DNA of 64,000 nucleotides. It comes from Octopus vulgaris. Taxonomy: Eukaryota. The stretch is taken from assembly GCA_951406725.2 (NCBI GenBank), contig OX597819.1, forward strand, positions 72,478,001 through 72,542,000, given 5' to 3'. The translations under genes were made by a program, and so were the position numbers. This document shows positions 41,309-54,995 of the stretch, piece after piece. How positions within the stretch are numbered: position 1 is the stretch's first letter; the number at the start of each line of letters is the position of its first letter. Below the pieces are notes generated by a model. That model did no database searches and was not told where the DNA came from. It saw only the letters and a list, made by a program, of their open reading frames with translations.

Positions 41309-41421
41309 AAGTAATAATATATGATATGTAAATAAAAATATATATTTTTACAACCATCCAGCATTCTGAACATCTTTTTTCTTTCATATACATATACATA
41401 TATATATACATACATATATAT

Positions 41422-41497
<76 letters not shown>

Positions 41498-41664
41498 TAT
41501 ATACATACACATACACATATATATACATACATATATATATATATATATGTATATACATATATATATATACACACACAGGTATATATATACACATATATAT
41601 ATACATATATACATACATATATATATATATATATACATGCATATATATATACACATATATATGC

Positions 41665-41715
<51 letters not shown>

Positions 41716-41716
<1 letters not shown>

Positions 41717-42335
41717 GGTTTTTAACCGATGATGTAAATTTATAAAGACGCTTCTGGACAAGAATTTCAACTCTAGCGTTGCTTCTTGTATCTGCATAGT
41801 GTAGTGATACGACACGCATGTTCCATCCTGAGTGTGTACAGTGTTTTAGTCTTCGGGCAACTTTCCATCTATGTTCCGGGATGCCTTTAACATCAATCGA
41901 CTGCTTCTCTGCTTCGTGTGTCAATTGATCAAATTTGCCACACTTCAATAGTGTTCGAACATTATAAGCAGAGAAGACAAATGTGAGTAGCCTCTTTTTA
42001 ACACATCTGCATTCACGTGTGCGAAATGGCTTTGGTATGACAGCTTCATGTTGACATGTTCATGTCTTTCCTGATGCGACCACCAATGTTTGATCTCATC
42101 TTGTTTTCCTTTTGTAATCAGCAAGAATCAAATAGTGGCTGATTAGCCCTACTATCTCTACCAGAGCCTTCGTCAACCTACTGGGAATATAACCCAGCGT
42201 TTCCACCACCTGCACCGTGTTGAGGTGGATGTTGGGCTTTTGCAGCTGGTAACTGGATTATTCAGGCAACTATCCAAGGAAATCCGCAGCTGCAAATATT
42301 TACACGTCACGCACCAACAGAAACTGCAGTTGGTG
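41716..42335 (-). mobile_element. RTE LINE 5' UTR and AP-endonuclease N-terminus (inverted segment)
   Basis: [24 protein letters not shown] matches APE motifs I-II. Confidence 0.7.
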
Positions 42336-43455
42336 AAGATAAAGACCGATTCTACGACCAGCTTACAGAAGCGTACAAAACTTACCCTAGGCGTGACATA
42401 GTAGTTCTCCTTAGAAGTATGAATGCACAAATTGGCCACGATGGTCGAGGTATAGCAGTCGGAAAATATACATATCGTAAGGTCGCAAATGATAATAGAA
42501 GCAGATGTACTAACTTCCGTTCATCCAGTAACCCGACGGATTTGCAATCCCATTGCAAACACAAGAACAAGAGAAAGTGAAGCTGGATGCATCGCAATGA
42601 GTATAAAAGGGAGTTGGACCATATTGCTCTAATGGCAAAGTGTATGAGCTCATTCACTAACTGTCGCGTCTACTTGTTTCCTGCCACTTCCGATTGGAAT
42701 TTAATAGACAAGCGCAGGAATTCAAGAAGCGTACGACGTTTAATTGGAGGATGCTGCCAAATGACAATAAGAAAAAAACAAACTTCCACACCAAACTAAA
42801 ATAGAATATCGGTAGCAACAATGACATAAGCGCCGACGAAATTAACAATATTTTAACATCAGCCATCACAAAAACCGCAGAGGAAACAATTGGCAAATGC
42901 ACTCCTAATGGTAAAAACTTACCATAGGTTTCTGAAGTCACATTGAAACTGATAGACAATCGCAATAATTTGAAGATGAAATACCTCAGACAAAATGAAT
43001 CTCAGAGAGACGTCATCAATGCCGATTATTTAGTTAATGGATCTTACAAGCAAGACAGAGAGTGACACATACTAAGCTTCTGCAAGAAAATTTATTCCTT
43101 TGACATGGCCCGCCAAAGCGGTGAAGATGTTGACGAAAAGAAACCGGTAGCAAGGTATTCCCCAAATTTGTGATGAGCATGGAAACCCCTTCAATTGCAA
43201 AAGGGATAAGCTTGAAACATGGAACAAATACTTTGCACAGTATCTACTGTAGCATTTTAAGTATCTCCTTTGACATGACCCGCCAACACAAAAAGGCTTA
43301 CAAAGCGGTGATGATGTAGACGAAAGGAAAGCGATAGAAAGGTATTCAGCAAATTTGTGATGAGCATGGAAATCCCTTCAATTGCAAGAGGTATATATAA
43401 GCTTGAAATATGGAACAAATACTTTGCACAGTATCTACTGTCGCATTTTAAGTGT
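42333..43455 (+). mobile_element. RTE LINE AP-endonuclease C-terminal half and linker, decayed
   Basis: EDKDRFYDQL, MNAQIG, ANDN, ELDHI motifs; the end carries a ~170-bp tandem duplication. Confidence 0.7.
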
Positions 43456-43743
43456 CCACATAAAAATTTTGATTTAAATGTTTTTTTATTGCTAGAAACG
43501 GGTTTCTTTCTTTATACACAATTCAACCTACACAAGTTAATATATGAATAACAAAATAGGAATTTTGAAAGAAATATCTATAAAACTAGTTTTTAAACAA
43601 TCCTTTTTTTTTTTTCTAAGGTGTGGAATTTCTATAATGTACATTTTTTTAACATTAGTCAGAACGGTGCCTTTATCTTGACTATTGCTTTCACTACGTT
43701 TCGCTTGTAGTATGCACCAGCTTTTTCCAGGTGCTTTGTAATT

Positions 43744-43915
43744 CAGCTTAGTGGAATTAAGGCGTTGCAGTTACCTGGGAGTTCTGAGTTCAATCTCAGG
43801 CAAGGCGATAAAGTGAATCACAAGACACCTGAAGAAGGCTAGAGCATACAACAGCCGAAATTAGTGCAAAGCAACAACCAAGATGAGGACATCATCCCGA
43901 CTAATGTAAACGGCG
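43744..43915 (+). mobile_element. tRNA-headed, hammerhead-containing short element (same family as 25449-25715)
   Basis: A-box-like CAGCTTAGTGG, B box GTTCAATCTC, HHR CAC-CTGAAGA-A-GGCT..AGCC-GAAA at 43826-43867; inverted partial copy at 43670-43745. Confidence 0.65.
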
Positions 43916-44078
43916 TACATAGTTTTTAAACATCGAATGGCCATGAGGTGGAGGGGGCCACCAGAATAAGATAGTAATTAAAGGGGTCCCTAGATGGCGA
44001 AACCCACTACTCCGAAGACTGCGGTCATTTTAATAAACCATGAACTTAATGTTGTATGGTATTTGATATGCCTCCGTA

Positions 44079-44144
<66 letters not shown>

Positions 44145-44155
44145 TCTCTCTCTCG

Positions 44156-44188
<33 letters not shown>

Positions 44189-45636
44189 GTTCTTCCTCAC
44201 ACACACACACACACACACATACAGGGGCATTACATAAAAGTGCGGAGAGAGACACAGATAAAGAAGAAGAGGGAGAGAAATTGAGAGAGAGAGAGTAGAG
44301 AGAGAAGGAGGAGGAGAGAGTAATGAAAGAGAGAGAAAACTGCTTATTGAAGCTGGTCATGTTGTTACTAATGGCAACACTCCTGCCTTCATGACAATTG
44401 TCCAGGTCAGTGCAGAAGGAAGAAGTGACCGATGCCTTAAAAGGCATTCAACAGACTTGTAGGAGAAAAGTCTTCTAACAGGCGGCTTAATTAGCTTCTT
44501 CCGCAGCACCGTGTAGAGTGAGGTGGGGCAGGCGGAGCGACGGCGGGGGCAGTGGTGGTGCTGTTGGTAATGGTGGTGGTGGTGTTGCTGTTGTTGTTGT
44601 TGGTGGTGGTGGTGGTGGAGGTGGTTGGAAGTGGTTGTTGGTGGAGGAGGGAGCATGAAGTTGTCATCGTGATGATGGTGATGACATGATGCGTTTAGTG
44701 GAGGAAGTGGTGACGGCAGTGATGATGATGATGATGATGATGATTACCGTCATCTTCAATTATCATCATCGTCATCATGACAGCAACGACGACGACGACG
44801 AGGAGGGGGCAGGATGATGATGAGGTGGAAGAAGAGCAGGATGATGATGATGGTGATGATAATGATTATTATCATCATTATGGTGATGACGGTGATGATG
44901 ATTACAATGATGATGATGATGACGACAATACTGGTGAAAAGAAAGCGGAGGATGTGAGGTACTGACGATATAGGTTCGAATTATAGTGGTGGTGGTAGTG
45001 GTGGTGGTGGTGGTGGTGGTGGTGATGGTGGTGGTGGTGGTGATAGCGGCGGCGGCGGCGGCGATGGCGCTGATGACGCTAATGGCGGCGATGGCAGTTG
45101 GAAGCGTCGGTTCAAACTGAAAGGTGCGTAAGTTCAAACTGTCCGGGGGTTTCTTCCTCCCCCACCACCACCACCACGACCTCATCCGTCGTTTTATTTA
45201 TTTCCTGCGGCGGGGGGGGGGATCTCTTCCTTGCCCGTTGTTAAAGTGATATTTATATATGTTGTGTTTGTGTTGGTTTTGTATCTTTTTTTTTTATTAC
45301 TTTGTCCTTCCAACAAGTAATACTTCAATCGGGAGCCGCCGTCAACAAAACTCACTCCTTCTTTAGAATTTCTGCGTTGCTAATCTTGCCTTCCATGTTT
45401 TGCCTACCTTCATTGTTCTCGTCAATTCATTTCCGCAAAGTCTTTATTTGTTTTATTTATTAGCTTTTGCTTGCTTTTGTCATAGACTGCGGCCGGTGAG
45501 AAATTTGCATCCCGACCACATGGTTCTGGGTTCATTCCCACTGCGTGGTACCTCGGGCAAGTGTCTTCTAGTATAGCCTTGGGCCGACCAAAGCCTTGTG
45601 AGAGGATTTGGTAGACGGAAACTGAAAGAAGCATGT

Positions 45637-45700
<64 letters not shown>

Positions 45701-45805
45701 TGTCCGCGTTTGTCCCCCACTACCACTTGACAACCGATGTTGGTGTGTGTACATCCTCAGAACTTCGCAGTTCGGCAAAAGAAACCGATAAGATAAGTAC
45801 CAGTC

Positions 45806-45844
<39 letters not shown>

Positions 45845-45959
45845 TAAATGCTTGCTTTTGTCATAGACTGCGGCCATGCTGGGGCACCGCCTTGAAGAAT
45901 TTTTAGCCGAATGAATGGACTCCGGGATTTTTTTTTTGGACTGGTATTTAAAACATACA

Positions 45960-46370
45960 GGCGCAGGAGTGGCTGTGTGGTAAGTAGCTTGCTAACCAAC
46001 CACATGGTTCCGGGTTCAGTCCCACTGCGTGGCACCTTGGGCAAGTGTCTTCTACTATAGCCTCGGGCCGACCAATGCCTTGTGAGTGGATTTGGTAGAC
46101 GGAAACTGAAAGAAGCCCGTCGTATATATGTATATGTATGTGTGTGTATATGTTTGTGTGCCTGTGTTTGTCCCCCTAGCATTGCTTGACAACCGATGCT
46201 GGTGTGTTTATGTCCCCCGTTACTTAGCGGTTCGGCAAAAGAGACCGATAGAATAAGTACTGGGCTTACAAAAGAATAAGTCCCGGTGTCGAGTTGCTCG
46301 ATTAAAGGTGGTGCTCCAGCATGGCCGCAGTCAAATGACTGAAACAAGTAAAAGAGTAAAAGAGTAAAGA
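45960..46370 (+). mobile_element. tRNA-headed SINE, family A, full length
   Basis: Nearly identical to 14144-14565. Confidence 0.88.
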
Positions 46371-46650
46371 GTATACAACAAATGAAGACGGAGTTGCTGT
46401 TTGCATTCATTCCACGCTTTACAGCTGTTTCGTTAAAGTGAAGATGATAAATCATAGAGCACACATAAAGATATGGAAGAGCGCTATGACATTGTCATAG
46501 CGATAATATATGTAATTACATAATGAGTGCCCTACAGCCATTTAGTCATAACTCGTGGCAATATATATATATATATATATATATATTGATAAAACGGTAA
46601 GATAACAAAAGAAAGAAAGAGACCTCAATATTATGTAAATAGAGGAAATT

Positions 46651-46733
46651 TATCGGTACTTGTCAATTGTCGTGGTCCCGGTTTTGCACACGCGATCGCG
46701 TGTGCAAAACCGGGACCACGACAATTGACAAGT

Positions 46734-46740
<7 letters not shown>
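46651..46740. repeat. Perfect 90-bp palindrome
   Basis: TATCGGTACT...CGCGATCGCG...AGTACCGATA, with no spacer. Confidence 0.95.
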
Positions 46741-46819
<79 letters not shown>

Positions 46820-46968
46820 TCAAAAAGCAATAAAGATTCAAGTTAATTTAAATGAATTTACTTGAATATGGTACCTAACTTAGATGCACCAAAAAAACTA
46901 TACTGATTTAACAATACAGTAATGTGGGGTGATTATAAGCGAGAATGAAGCAACAAGAATGGATAGGT

Positions 46969-47059
46969 TTTTAGTACAATCGTTTCATACAAGGACAGGT
47001 TTTATTAAAAGTTGCAAAAATTACAGCATATAAACGTGTCCCGTACTCATCAGCTAAAA
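46969..47059 (-). ncRNA. Type I hammerhead motif with extended stem II
   Basis: TTTTAG-CTGATGA-GTACGGGACA..TGTCCTTGTAT-GAAA-CGATTG-TA-CTAAAA on the minus strand. Confidence 0.72.
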
Positions 47060-47759
47060 TACATGTGAGTTCTCTAGACATCCTAGTGGTTGAGGCCATA
47101 CTCATGAAGTAATGTAGATAATTAAGTAACATAAACAGATTTCAAAAGTTCATTAAAGTTCTTTAAAGATGATGTACAGTCTTATCACAGAATTTTAAAA
47201 AAAGTCTTAATAGCATCACAGAGAAGGTGACCCAATCCATAGTGCACATATGAATTTCCAGAGATATGATGAGGGATTACATACTCACAGAAGACAAATT
47301 TATCCATTGTTAATTACAACGAGGTGGGTTTCAATTCCTGCTTATTAGCATTACAGAGAGGGTGAATTAATCCTTTGTATAGATGCACAATTTCCAATGG
47401 TGTAGGTGTAAATTTCCAAGGAATTTCATATTCACAGGCGATAAATTTATCAATGGTTGAACACAATGAGGTAGGTATCAATTCTTGCTATATGATTAGG
47501 TATTTGCCACATATATGATTAGGTATTTGCTCCCTCCTCTTTTATTTTCTCTCTTTTATTTTCTCTTTTCTTCTATGCCCTTCCCTTTTCTATTCTATAC
47601 AGCTCTAGTAAGCCCTTCAGCCTTTAAAAATTAAATAGCTACAGCCTCTTGTAAATAGCAGTAAATTGATTAATGTGGCAAATACCTAATCATATATATT
47701 GATACCTACCTCATTGTGTTCAACCATTGATAAATTTATCGGTGTATGTGTATATGTAT

Positions 47760-48625
47760 GTCTGGGATCTTTTCTATTCTGAAGCCTGGTCCAGGCCATG
47801 TCTAACTTAATAGCACCACCTGATAGGATTATTCGAATCCTGTTTAAGTCAAGTTTTGTTCAAGTAGTGAGTTCTTGTTGGGTGAGTTGTATCCAGTTTT
47901 GTTCAAGTAGTGAGTTCTTGTTGGGTGAGTTGTATCCAATTATGGGTGGCTTGTCTGGTATTCTTTGAAGGAATCTATCCAGACTCTGTTTGAAGTTGAT
48001 GGGATCCTTTTCCTCTTTGATCTCCCTCGGGACAATGTTAAATAGGGCAGGGCCTGTTGAGGAAAAGAAATTATGTTGCAGTGTACATGTATGTTGTGGT
48101 CTTGAATTTGGCAGGGGACGTATAGCCCGTGGTCCAAGTCTCGGATGAACCTTGAAGCTAATGTTTAGGTCGTTTGGGCAAAGTTGGCGGTATATTTTCC
48201 ACATCGTACAAATGATGTACCGCTCACGGCGACGCTGGAGGGAGTAAAGTTTCAAGGCTTTAAGGCGATCCCAATAGTCGAGAGCAGCCATGCCTTCAAT
48301 TTGTTTAGTGAGAGCCCTCTGGGGTGACTCAATTCTGGAGATGTTTTGTCTTGTGTGAGGAGACCACAGTGGGCAGCAGTATTCAAGGTGTGGCCGTACA
48401 AAGGATGAAAAAAGTGGTATGATGACACCTTGTTCTCTGGACCGGAAAGTTCTTAAGATCCAGGAACTCATCCTACGAGCTGTATCGACCTTCTTGTTGA
48501 TGTGTGCACTCCAACTGAGATCGTCATCAACAATTACACCCAGGTCTCTGATATTGTTAGAGGCTGTGAGCGGTTCCCCTGAAGGAAGAGAGTATGGTTG
48601 TTTTAGTGAGGAATTTCTTCCATAA
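47760..48625 (-). mobile_element. CR1-group LINE 3' fragment
   Basis: WILRTF, VRPHLEYCCPLWSP, LYSLQRRRERY; a ~40-bp tandem duplication lies near 47858-47937. Confidence 0.9.
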
Positions 48626-48626
48626 A

Positions 48627-48711
<85 letters not shown>

Positions 48712-48906
48712 CCGAAATGTACAGTATTATATATCCATCACGGTTAATGTTACCAGTCGGTTTCGAGCAAGGAATACAATGGAGTGTCAGGTAAACGTTA
48801 CGTTCATCAGAGTTAGCTGATATGGAAGGGAATGTGGCAACTGTTCTCTATTGTCTGACAATGGAGAGTAGTCACCATTGTATTTCTTGAGCAAAACCGA
48901 TTGGTA

Positions 48907-48998
<92 letters not shown>

Positions 48999-49505
48999 TG
49001 TACATTTAAACACATAAGAGGTATCCATCATAGGACTACCTGCACGCTAGAGAGGACAGTTAGATGGTAAATTTTTTTATTTTTCATTCCCTTCGAAATT
49101 CTATCCCTAACAGTGGTTTGGAATTTAACTGTCCTCTCTAGCGTGCAGGTAGTCCTATGATGGATGCCTCTTATGTGTTTTAATGTACATATTTATATGA
49201 ATAATATATAGTCTATTGACTAAATTTTTACACTCTAGGCCACTGGTAATAGAAATTTCTAATATTTCAGATTACCCTTTGATATGATTAATTATATGCT
49301 CTTAGCTTATTTTTTTCTTGGGGCTGGCCAGATTGGAGCAATCTCGAGTATAACAAGCCGAAATAACAAAGATAATCTGGAACTCGACTGAGGATAGAAA
49401 ACTCCGAATGATCCGTCCTTGTTTTCCTTGTATCGTCTGTGTGGATAGTTTTGTTTTCCCTTTTTTGTTTCACCTAACTGTCTGGATGTTTTGCGTTCAT
49501 TTTTG

Positions 49506-49547
<42 letters not shown>

Positions 49548-49604
49548 AATGTGTAAGAAAGAAATGTGTACGTCGAGGAGTATAAAATAACAAATGAAAA
49601 ACGT

Positions 49605-49649
<45 letters not shown>

Positions 49650-49652
<3 letters not shown>

Positions 49653-50049
49653 CTTTACTTACTTGTTTCAGCCATTTGACTGCGGCCATGCTGGAGCACT
49701 GCCTTTAGTCGAGCAAATCGACCCCGGGACTTATTCTTTGTAAGCCCAGTACTTATTCTATCGGTCTCTTTTGCCGAACCGCTAAGTGACGGGGATGTAA
49801 ACACACCAGCATCGGTTGTCAAGCAATGCTAGGGGGACAAACACAGACACACAAACACACACACATACATATATATATACACATATATACGACAGGCTTC
49901 TTTCAGTTTCCGTCTACCAAATCCACTCACAAGGCATTGGTCGGCCGGGGTATAGCAGAAGACACTTGCCCAAGATGCCACGCAGTAGGACTGAACCCGG
50001 AACCATGTGGCTGGTTAGCAAGCTACTTACCACACAGCCACTCCTGCAG

Positions 50050-50050
<1 letters not shown>
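49650..50050 (-). mobile_element. tRNA-headed SINE, family A
   Basis: Reverse complement of the family A copies; inserted in (AT)n. Confidence 0.85.
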
Positions 50051-50130
<80 letters not shown>

Positions 50131-50300
50131 ACGTTTTTCATTTGTTATTTTATACTCCTCGACGTACACATTTCTTTCTTACACATTCGGATAGCTGCTA
50201 TTTGCATACACACACACACACACACACACATACATATATATATGTATGTAAGTATGTATGTATGTATGTATGTATGTATGTATGTATGTATGTATGTATG

Positions 50301-50331
<31 letters not shown>

Positions 50332-51711
50332 GTATATGTATATATATCTGTATTTATGTGCTGAGTATATTCCACAGACGAAGGTAGAGCATTTCTTATG
50401 CAGAGTCAGAAATCCGGGATCTGGAATTATCCAGTAATTTTTTTGCCTGTTTATTTTGTCTCTTGTCTTCTCTCCTGGTGCTGTATGAACTTTTAATGTG
50501 GTTTTAGAGTTTAAATGGAGCATATTCACCATCTACTTCAATTACTGCTCTCCATTTGCTTGGCAGACGGTCAGAACGTCATTTAAAGATGCTTAAAAAT
50601 GATTTTGTTAAATGTTGTTATTGTTTTTGTTGAACTAAATTTGTTAGAAAAAAAACGCAATAATTATGCACCAACCCAATAGATCTCTATATTAATGAAC
50701 GTAAATCATTTTTGTTATGATAAATGATGCAGTAGAGTATTTCATTATATTGATGAGAGGTACCGTTTCTCTTATACGTCTTTATGTCATTCGATAAACT
50801 CTACACAAGGAAAACTAGTAGAAAACCAGGTGTTAGACTAGCAAAGAACATAGTTGCATCACTTGCTTTATCGATTCTCGTGTCGTTCATAAAACTATAT
50901 TTATAATAATAGCCATTTTTGTTTTTAACTATGGCCAATGAGATACATCAATAATGAAACAGTTTATAGCAGATTGGGTTCGTCAAGGTGCTGATTGCAG
51001 TAAAACGCTAACAGCACCAATACTTCCTCTGGTTCAACCAACACTCTTTTTATTCATTTATTTGTGGACTAACGTTTCCTGCTTCTTTATGACATGCGCA
51101 ATAATCGATATAACAATAAAAAAAAAACGCATGACGACATCAGTGCACACAAACTCAAGACAAACCTATATTTTCTTTTCTCGTTTGTTTCCTGCTATTT
51201 TCGTTCGTTTTTGTTCTCATTCTCTCCAATTAAAATATCCCGGCTTTGCTTCAGAAAGTGTTTCCATGGTGTCGGCTTGCTCCAGTGATTATGTCGTTAA
51301 GTGTGTATCTTCTTAATAACTGGTTACCTTAAAATACTCGTCATTTGATTTATAAGAAACTAAAAGTAATAATTGATACATTTGAATGAATGTCGCGTAA
51401 TGACATTACTTTTGTTTTCAAATGGTGTTAGTGTAAAATAGCTCTCCGTGGCGCTCGTATTGTAGTATTGAGTGCTGTTTGCTTGCTGTGCAGGGGTTGA
51501 ATTGGTGAACGAAAATACGATACTTGGCTTTCAGCTTCCGTCTACCAAATCCACTCACAAGGCTTTGGCCGGCGCAGTGGGACTGAACCCGGAACCATGT
51601 GGTGGGGAAGCAAGCTTCTTACAGCAACACCAAAACGTTGGTAGGAATAACCCTTTCAACGACTGAAATGGGATTTGAACTCTCATTAGTTCAAAGTAAA
51701 TATCAACTGAC

Positions 51712-52075
51712 TCTCATCATCATCATCATTGTTCGACCGTGGTCGAGACAATGGAATTTACCATGCTACGCCAGACTTCACGGTCCATCATGGCATTACG
51801 GAGGTCCTCTTGCTGGATGCCTGTATCCCTGGAGATTACATCAGGGTAGGAGAGTGTGCACCCTCTGGTATTGCGAGTAGATGGCTTCTAGAGGAGAAGA
51901 GTAGAAATTACTTCTTTTTCAGCTCTACAACAATGTCCAGCAAACTGGACTCTCCTACCTTTCACAAGAGATGACACAGGTGGTAGTTTCCCATATATTT
52001 GCATTTTGGTTGGATGACGCTTCCACGAGAGATTTTGAGCTCTCATAAGGAGGCGAGTGTAGGTTCCAACTGACT
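51712..52075 (-). mobile_element. RTE-type LINE 3' end
   Basis: LSWKRHPTK, RRVQFAGHCCR motifs; (TGA)n tail. Confidence 0.75.
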
Positions 52076-52304
52076 CACACTGCATTCAACTGACACACAA
52101 CTCGGAGTTGTTTCATTACGAAACAGCGCAGTACTCTTTGTTGTGCTTTATTACTCACAACTAACATACATACATACATGCAAGCATACATGTATGTATG
52201 TATGTATGTATGTATGTATGTATGTATGTATGTATGTATGTATGTATGTATGTATGTATGTATGTATGCATGTATGTATGCATGTGTGGGTGTGTGTGTG
52301 TGCA

Positions 52305-52940
<636 letters not shown>

Positions 52941-53046
52941 ATGTGTGTGTGCGTGTGTGTATATATGTATGTATGTATGTATATATATGTATATATATAT
53001 ATATACATATACATACACACACACACGCGCACACACACAGACACGC

Positions 53047-53155
<109 letters not shown>

Positions 53156-53451
53156 TACGCTCTGTATGATCACTTTCGAAAGAACTGCCTTTGCTTTAAT
53201 CTGCAAGGGAATGGTATGAGGAATGCAACCGTCTTTTCACTCGTTTCCCACGAACTTGCAACGGTGGGTGAAGGTGTTGTCGTTAATGGCGTTTTGCATA
53301 TATTTCTGGCGATTCGTGACGGCGATGACCGAGGACGAGGAGAAGAATATCACTGCCAGTTGTTTTGTGTCAAGGCAACGTGACAGTGTGGTCAGTTATT
53401 TTATAGGTGGAAGTGGTGATCTGAGGTACATGCACACACACACACACACAC

Positions 53452-53528
<77 letters not shown>

Positions 53529-53535
53529 TACATAC

Positions 53536-53577
<42 letters not shown>

Positions 53578-54104
53578 TGAATGCGCGTGGCTTAGTGGTT
53601 AGAGCATTCGGTTCACGATCGTAAGGCGATGCGTTGCGTCCTTGAGCAAGACACTTTATTTCACGTAGCTCCAGTCCACTCAGCTGGCAAAAGTGAGTTG
53701 TATCTGTATTTCAAAAGCGCAGCCTTGTCACACTCTGTGCCATGCTGAGTCTCCCTGAGAGCTACATTAAGAGTATATGTGTCTGTGGAGTGCTCAGCCA
53801 CTTGCACGTTAATTTCACGAGCGATGAGGGTCCCAGCTGATACGATCAATGGAACAGCCTGCTCGTGAAATTAACGTGCAAGTGGCTGAGCACTCCACAG
53901 ACACATATACCCTTAATGTAGCTCTCAGGGAGACTCAGCATGGCACAGAGTGTGACAAGGCTGCGCTTTTGAAATACAGATACAACTCACTTTTGCCAGC
54001 TGAGTGGACTGGAGCTACGTGAAATAAAGTGTCTTGCTCAAAGACGCAACGCATCGCCGGGAATTGAACTTCTGACCTTATGATCGTGAGCCGAATGCTA
54101 TAAC

Positions 54105-54678
54105 CACCGTCGTGGAGGTCTTCCGGGTGGTCTTTTCCGCTCACGCGGGTACCACTCGACAACTGCATGCGTCCACCGATTATCGGTGAGCCGGGCGACG
54201 TGTCCAGCCCATCTATACTTGCTGCGTGTATACTCTGCGATGACATCTCTCACGCCGGACTTCTTTCTGATGATCTCTCTACTTATGTGCTCTCTCAACG
54301 AGATACCAAGCATTGACCTTTCCATGGCTCTTTGAGCCGTTACCAGTCTTTGCTCTTCTCTCTTTGTGGTAGCCCATGTTTCACTACCATATAACATTGC
54401 AGGCAGAACTGCACTGTTAATGAGGTTGGCGCGGGTGGTCCTGTCCAACCTTCCCTTGAGCACATCCCTTATGCCATTCAACGCCTTCCATCCGGCCCTT
54501 ACTCTCCGTGAGATCTCCTTTTTGATATCCCGGCACATATTTACTTCCTGTCCCAGGTAGACATATTCTCTCACCTCCTCTATTTCATCACTGCCGATCA
54601 CCATTCGACCTGTTGGTACGTTGTCTGACCGCTTGAACTTTGTTTTCATGCGGTTCATCTTGAGACCCACAGCAGAAC
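54105..54678 (-). mobile_element. RTE-1-like LINE fragment
   Basis: EYVYLGQ, VLPAMLYGSETW, WAGHVAR, GRPPRRW motifs. Confidence 0.9.
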
Positions 54679-54792
54679 TTCTCTGTGTGTGTGTGTATAC
54701 CTCAGATCTCCACTTCCACCTATAAAATAACTGACCACAGATACATACATACATACATACATACATACATACATAATACATAAATAGATTTG

Positions 54793-54995
54793 GAAGAAGA
54801 AGAAGAAGAAGAAGAAGAAGAAGAAGAAGAAGGAGGAGGAGGAGGAGGAGGAGGAGGAGGAGGAAGAAGAAGAAGAAGAAGAAGAAGAAGAAGAAGAAGA
54901 AGAAGAAGAAGAAGAAGAAGAAGAAGAAGAAGAAGAAGAAGAAGAAGAAGAAGAAGAAGAAGAAGAAGAAGAAGAAGAAGAAGAAGAAGAAGAAG
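54793..54995. repeat. (GAA)n-(GGA)n-(GAA)n polypurine tract
   Basis: Seen directly. Confidence 0.95.

Noticed and set aside
44338-44405. Ankyrin-like peptide KLLIEAGHVVTNGNTPAF
   Set aside because: Too short, spacing atypical, and no acceptor site or partner exons found.
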